Below, piece by piece: positions 60,379-64,000 of a DNA stretch of 64,000 nucleotides. The notes under the pieces were generated by a model. That model was given only the letters and a program-made list of their open reading frames with translations. It ran no database searches and was not told the DNA's origin. The stretch is from an uncultured Bdellovibrionales bacterium (lineage in GTDB: Bacteria; Bdellovibrionota_C; UBA2361; SZUA-149; CALKYB01). Within the stretch, counting starts at the first letter, position 1; each line of letters starts with the position of its first letter. The position numbers were made by a program, and so were the translations under genes. The stretch is taken from the NCBI GenBank assembly GCA_964510575.1, contig CAZECN010000005.1:18518-82517 (forward strand). Reading direction: 5' to 3'.

Positions 60379-61116
60379 ATGAGCGAACTGAAGAAAAGAA
60401 AAGAACTTAACTGGGATTCAGCACCAGGGGGATTATCTGTAATCGTTCCCATCTACAACGAGGTGAGTACCTTAGAGGAAATCATACAGCGCATGGATAA
60501 CACAGGGGTTGTTAAGCAGATTGTGCTCGTTGATGATGGTTCGACAGATGGGACACGAGATGTTCTCAAGAAGTTAGAAAAAAAGAAAAGAAAAGATCTG
60601 AAAATAGTTTTGCACGAAAAGAACCGAGGTAAAGGTGCTGCTGTAAGAACTGGAATTGAGCAAGCTAGTGGTGATCTAATTTTAGTTCAAGATGCTGATT
60701 TAGAGTACGACCCGGCAGATTATCCTATTTTGCTGGAGCCTGCCCTTAACCGAGGTGCAGATGTGGTCTATGGCTCAAGGTTTTTGGGAGGGCCTCATAG
60801 AGTTTTGTTTTTCTGGCACTACATAGTGAACAGAATGTTAACTTTCCTTTCCAATATGTTAACCAATCTTAACCTTACCGATATGGAGGTAGGGTATAAG
60901 CTTTTCAGAAAAGAAGTATTGAAAGACATATCTATTAAATCTGAGCGGTTTAACTTTGAGCCTGAAATCACTGCGAAAGTTGCAAAGCAAAAGATAAGAA
61001 TATTTGAGGTGCCTATTTCTTATGATGGGCGAACCTATGAGGAAGGTAAGAAAATTGGTTGGCTCGATGGAGTCGAGGCCCTTTGGACGATACTGAAGTA
61101 TCGCTTTACGGACTAG
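60379..61116 (+). CDS. GT2 glycosyltransferase (polyprenyl-phosphate sugar synthase-like)
   Basis: LSVIVPIYNE, LVDDGSTDGT, VQDADLEYDP (DxD), GSRF. Confidence 0.85.
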   Translation: MSELKKRKELNWDSAPGGLSVIVPIYNEVSTLEEIIQRMDNTGVVKQIVLVDDGSTDGTRDVLKKLEKKKRKDLKIVLHEKNRGKGAAVRTGIEQASGDLILVQDADLEYDPADYPILLEPALNRGADVVYGSRFLGGPHRVLFFWHYIVNRMLTFLSNMLTNLNLTDMEVGYKLFRKEVLKDISIKSERFNFEPEITAKVAKQKIRIFEVPISYDGRTYEEGKKIGWLDGVEALWTILKYRFTD

Positions 61117-61132
61117 CCGATTTTAAGAGTTT

Positions 61133-61975
61133 TTGTCTTTGCCTGGAAAATTGACATCAGAAGCATTGAAGGCAGGTGTTGAGCGGAGCCCAGAGCGTGA
61201 CGCAGTTTCAGCCTTTGTCATTACTTTCAATGAAGAGGAGCATATTCGAGACTGTCTCTCTAGCTTGTCATTCTGCGATGAAGTTATTGTTATAGATTCC
61301 TTTTCAAAGGACGATACTGTCAAAATTGCGGAAGAGATGGGAGCGAAGGTTATTCAAAGAGAATGGCCAGGCTATAGAGCTCAAAAAGCATTTGGCTTAG
61401 AACAGTGTAATTGTAAATGGGTTTTGAATCTGGATGCTGACGAGCGTGTCGACTCAACTCTAGCAGGCGAAATACAAACAATCTTGGAAGGCCGTGATAA
61501 GAATATTTCTGGTGATCCTGTTGTAGGCTATGAGTTGAACCGAGTTGTCTTTCACTTAGGTCGATGGTGGAGATCCGGCGGATGGTACCCAGAATATCGG
61601 CTTCGTTTTTTCCTCAAAGAATCTGTAGAGTGGGGTGGGCGAGACCCTCATGAAAAGCCGGTCACTGGTGGTAGAGTGGAGCGTCTTAGAGGAGAGCTTC
61701 ACCATTTTAGTTATACTAATTTGGCAGATCAATTTAAACGGCTTTTGAATTTTGCCGAAGTTTCTGCTGCAGAGTCTTTTAGAATAGGCAAGCGTTCCCA
61801 AGTTCATGACATTTTATGTCGCCCTTTTTTGAGGTCATTCAAGTTTTACTTCTTGAAAAGGGGTTATAAGGAGGGAACCGCCGGTATAGTTGTGGCCATC
61901 GCTGAGGGGGTCTATACTTTTATGAAGTATGCCCTCCTTTGGGAGATGAACCGAAACCGACCTAAAGATGACTAG
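61133..61975 (+). CDS. GT2 glycosyltransferase (LPS core, WaaE/KdtX-like)
   Basis: VSAFVITFNEEEHIRDCLSSL, VIVIDSFSKDDT, LNLDADER. TTG start. Confidence 0.75.
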   Translation: MSLPGKLTSEALKAGVERSPERDAVSAFVITFNEEEHIRDCLSSLSFCDEVIVIDSFSKDDTVKIAEEMGAKVIQREWPGYRAQKAFGLEQCNCKWVLNLDADERVDSTLAGEIQTILEGRDKNISGDPVVGYELNRVVFHLGRWWRSGGWYPEYRLRFFLKESVEWGGRDPHEKPVTGGRVERLRGELHHFSYTNLADQFKRLLNFAEVSAAESFRIGKRSQVHDILCRPFLRSFKFYFLKRGYKEGTAGIVVAIAEGVYTFMKYALLWEMNRNRPKDD

Positions 61976-62975
61976 CTCTCAATTACTCGCAATTTGTGAC
62001 CGTTTTTCAGCGAAAAAAGTCTCGATTATAGGAGATTTGATGCTGGATGAGTATACTTGGGGATCTGTGGACCGCATTTCTCCAGAGGCTCCAGTTGTCG
62101 TGGTGAAAGTTACTGAAGATAGCCATAGGGCAGGTGGAGCTGGAAACGTTGCAGCAAATGTCGCTGAGCTTGGCGGGGTTGCAAGAATAGTCGGTTTTGT
62201 AGGAAACGACCAAGCCGGGGAAAAGCTAACTTCTAAATTGAAAAGTAGAGGAGTTGATACCTCCCTATTGGTTCGTTCAGATCAAAGACCTACGATTACA
62301 AAGACTAGGGTTATTGCCCATGGTCAGCAAGTTGTTCGAGTAGATAGAGAAGAGGGGAAAGCTTTTGACTCCATTTTTAACGATCAATTAGTTGCCAATC
62401 TCAGAGCTGTTTGGGAAGACTCGGACGTTGTTGTGGTTAGTGACTACGGTAAAGGGGTTTGGAACAAACAAGTATTTGAGGCTTTTCAGCAACTTTCAGA
62501 GAACTCTAAGTCTGGAAGAGACATAAAAACAGTTGTCGATCCTAAGCCTAAGCAAATTGGTTTCTATAAAGGGGCTTGGATTATGACTCCCAATAGAAAA
62601 GAAGCGGAAGAGATCAGTGGTATGGTAATTGAAGATCGAGAATCTGCAATTGAAGCTGGCCGAAAAATTATTGAAGACATTGGAGTTGAAAAGGTGCTTG
62701 TTACTTTGGGTGCTAAGGGGATGGTTCTAGTTGACCGAGAGCAGGGGTGTCTTGGTGCTATCGATACGGTTGCCCAAAAAGTCTTTGATGTCTCAGGAGC
62801 AGGAGATACTGTTTGTGCCACACTTGCTTTAGGCATTGCTTGCGAAGAGGATGCACTCTCCGCAGCTCGTCTAGCCAATATCGCTGCTGGAGTAGTGGTT
62901 GGAGAGGTTGGAACTGTTGCAGTAACCTCCGAAAAACTAAGGGCTGCTATTGCTAGCCGACAGTTTTTTGATTGA
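61968..62975 (+). CDS. D-beta-D-heptose 7-phosphate kinase (RfaE domain I / HldA-type, PfkB family)
   Basis: IGDLMLDEYTWGSVDRISPEAPVVVV, GGAGNVAANV, DVSGAGDTV. Only 335 aa, so there is no fused adenylyltransferase domain. Confidence 0.85.
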   Translation: MTSSQLLAICDRFSAKKVSIIGDLMLDEYTWGSVDRISPEAPVVVVKVTEDSHRAGGAGNVAANVAELGGVARIVGFVGNDQAGEKLTSKLKSRGVDTSLLVRSDQRPTITKTRVIAHGQQVVRVDREEGKAFDSIFNDQLVANLRAVWEDSDVVVVSDYGKGVWNKQVFEAFQQLSENSKSGRDIKTVVDPKPKQIGFYKGAWIMTPNRKEAEEISGMVIEDRESAIEAGRKIIEDIGVEKVLVTLGAKGMVLVDREQGCLGAIDTVAQKVFDVSGAGDTVCATLALGIACEEDALSAARLANIAAGVVVGEVGTVAVTSEKLRAAIASRQFFD

Positions 62976-62991
62976 AAGGAGAAAAGTTTCT

Positions 62992-63882
62992 GTGTCCATT
63001 AAAAGTATGACAGGGTTTGGTGAGTCAGAGCGAGTAGCTGGGTCTTCGGTTGTAAGCGTCAGAATCCGTTCAGTTAACAACCGTTTTTTAGATGTTAATA
63101 TTAAAAGTCCATCCAGTTATTCTGCTCTTGATTCTGAAATCACTCGATTAGCTCGAACATTTTGCAAACGAGGCAGAATAGATATTGGTTTGAAAAGAAT
63201 GGAGCAGGGTGGAAAGCAATCATCTGACTCTAGACTTAAGTTTGATCAAGGCCTGTTTGAAGATTATTCCAAAATTTATGGCCAAGCTTTGTCTGGTTCA
63301 ACTCCTGGAAGCTCTGAGTTTCAAATAGGAGTTGAATTACTCAAAAGAAAATCTATTCTTGATGAAGCAGAGCGGGGTGTGGACCTTGAGGTAGAGCGAG
63401 AGGATGTCCTTGTCTGTGTCTCAGAGGCTTTAGAGAGTTTTTCGAAAGTTAGAGAATTTGAAGGCAGTGAGCTAAGTAAATTGCTGACATCCTGCCTAGA
63501 CACTTTTGCTCAGAAGAAAAAAGAAATTGAAAAGGTTCTAGAAGGTCAGCCGGAAGCGCTCAAGAAACGATTCGATGCCAGAATGGCAGCACTGGATGTG
63601 GATTTAGATCCTCAACGTCTGGAGCAGGAAGTTGCCTTGATAATTGACAGACTTGATGTCTCTGAGGAGCTTGGGCGAATAGATTCTCATTTAAAACAGT
63701 TTCATCAAGACTTGAAAGGAAATAGTCCTGTGGGCCGTAAGCTAGAGTTTTTGCTTCAAGAATTGGGACGAGAGGTCAATACTCTCGGATCTAAAAGCCA
63801 GGATGCGGCCGTATCCTCACTTGTAATTGAACTAAAATCTACCTTAGAGAAATTAAGAGAACAGGTTCTGAACGTTGAGTAG
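62992..63882 (+). CDS. yicC: YicC-family stress-induced endoribonuclease
   Basis: VSIKSMTGFGE N-terminus. The C-terminal EELGRIDSHLKQF...GRKLEFLLQELGREVNTLGSKS is the YicC signature. GTG 62992 with an AAGGAG RBS is preferred over the ORF-track 62950. Confidence 0.85.
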   Translation: MSIKSMTGFGESERVAGSSVVSVRIRSVNNRFLDVNIKSPSSYSALDSEITRLARTFCKRGRIDIGLKRMEQGGKQSSDSRLKFDQGLFEDYSKIYGQALSGSTPGSSEFQIGVELLKRKSILDEAERGVDLEVEREDVLVCVSEALESFSKVREFEGSELSKLLTSCLDTFAQKKKEIEKVLEGQPEALKKRFDARMAALDVDLDPQRLEQEVALIIDRLDVSEELGRIDSHLKQFHQDLKGNSPVGRKLEFLLQELGREVNTLGSKSQDAAVSSLVIELKSTLEKLREQVLNVE

Positions 63883-64000
63883 CTCGCCTAAAGAATTCAA
63901 TGGTCTATTAATTACCTTAACTGGGCCAACAGCCAGCGGAAAATCTAGCATAGCCAAAAGACTTAGTGATCATATAGATAATATTTCTTTGTCAGTTTCG
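63875..64000 (+). CDS. gmk: Guanylate kinase, 5' fragment (continues beyond window)
   Basis: The frame starting at TTG 63875 overlaps the yicC stop and reads LSSSPKEFNGLLITLTGPTASGKSSIAKRL, a P-loop GPxxSGKS. The yicC-gmk order is common. Confidence 0.55.
   Translation, partial: MSSSPKEFNGLLITLTGPTASGKSSIAKRLSDHIDNISLSVS

Overview
This is a 64 kb window from a moderately AT-rich Gram-negative genome. It carries LPS heptose-core genes and lipobox lipoproteins. The lineage cannot be fixed from sequence alone; the gene content feels Bdellovibrionota/Myxococcota-like, which is inference only. Positions 1 to about 23,500 look like an accessory secretion super-locus. A Tad/Flp pilus module (cpaE-flp-cpaB-cpaF-tadB-tadC) runs on the same strand straight into a stripped-down non-flagellar type III secretion (T3SS) export apparatus. 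That apparatus comprises sctV, a lipoprotein sctJ, a 75-aa FliG_N-like ORF, a FliJ/SctO-like coiled coil, sctQ-R-S-T, an sctU that stops before the NPTH autocleavage domain, an unknown disordered protein and a SycD/LcrH-like TPR chaperone. Between sctV and sctJ sit a membrane pseudokinase with a HEAT-like C-terminal domain, a tail-anchored triple-FHA protein and a zinc-ribbon/polybasic/FHA protein. Two FliA-like sigma factors follow; one is translationally coupled to a small disordered protein. No SctN/SctL ATPase module, secretin, full SctD, needle, ruler or translocators are visible in the window. I consider this the most interesting candidate system, either a minimal/intermediate T3SS or a Tad-associated one. 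Two convergent intergenic gaps (20674-21128 and 40073-40380) are completely filled by a nested family of TATAC-initiated hairpin elements. These occur as short forms of about 56-59 bp and long forms of about 221-222 bp, with co-varying stems. The rest of the window is mostly housekeeping or envelope-related: ArnT-like glycosyltransferase, rph, rdgB, tRNA-Pro, a J-domain protein, typA, arginase-family enzyme, yggX, M48 peptidase, a GshAB-C-like ATP-grasp enzyme, serA, HAD, serC, a VOC enzyme, an OlsF-like bifunctional acyltransferase, patatin, GT4, DUF2959, metH, a 1317-aa BNR/Asp-box protein, an LPS inner-core cluster, yicC and the start of gmk. All calls rest on manual motif reading of the supplied ORF translations; no database search was run.
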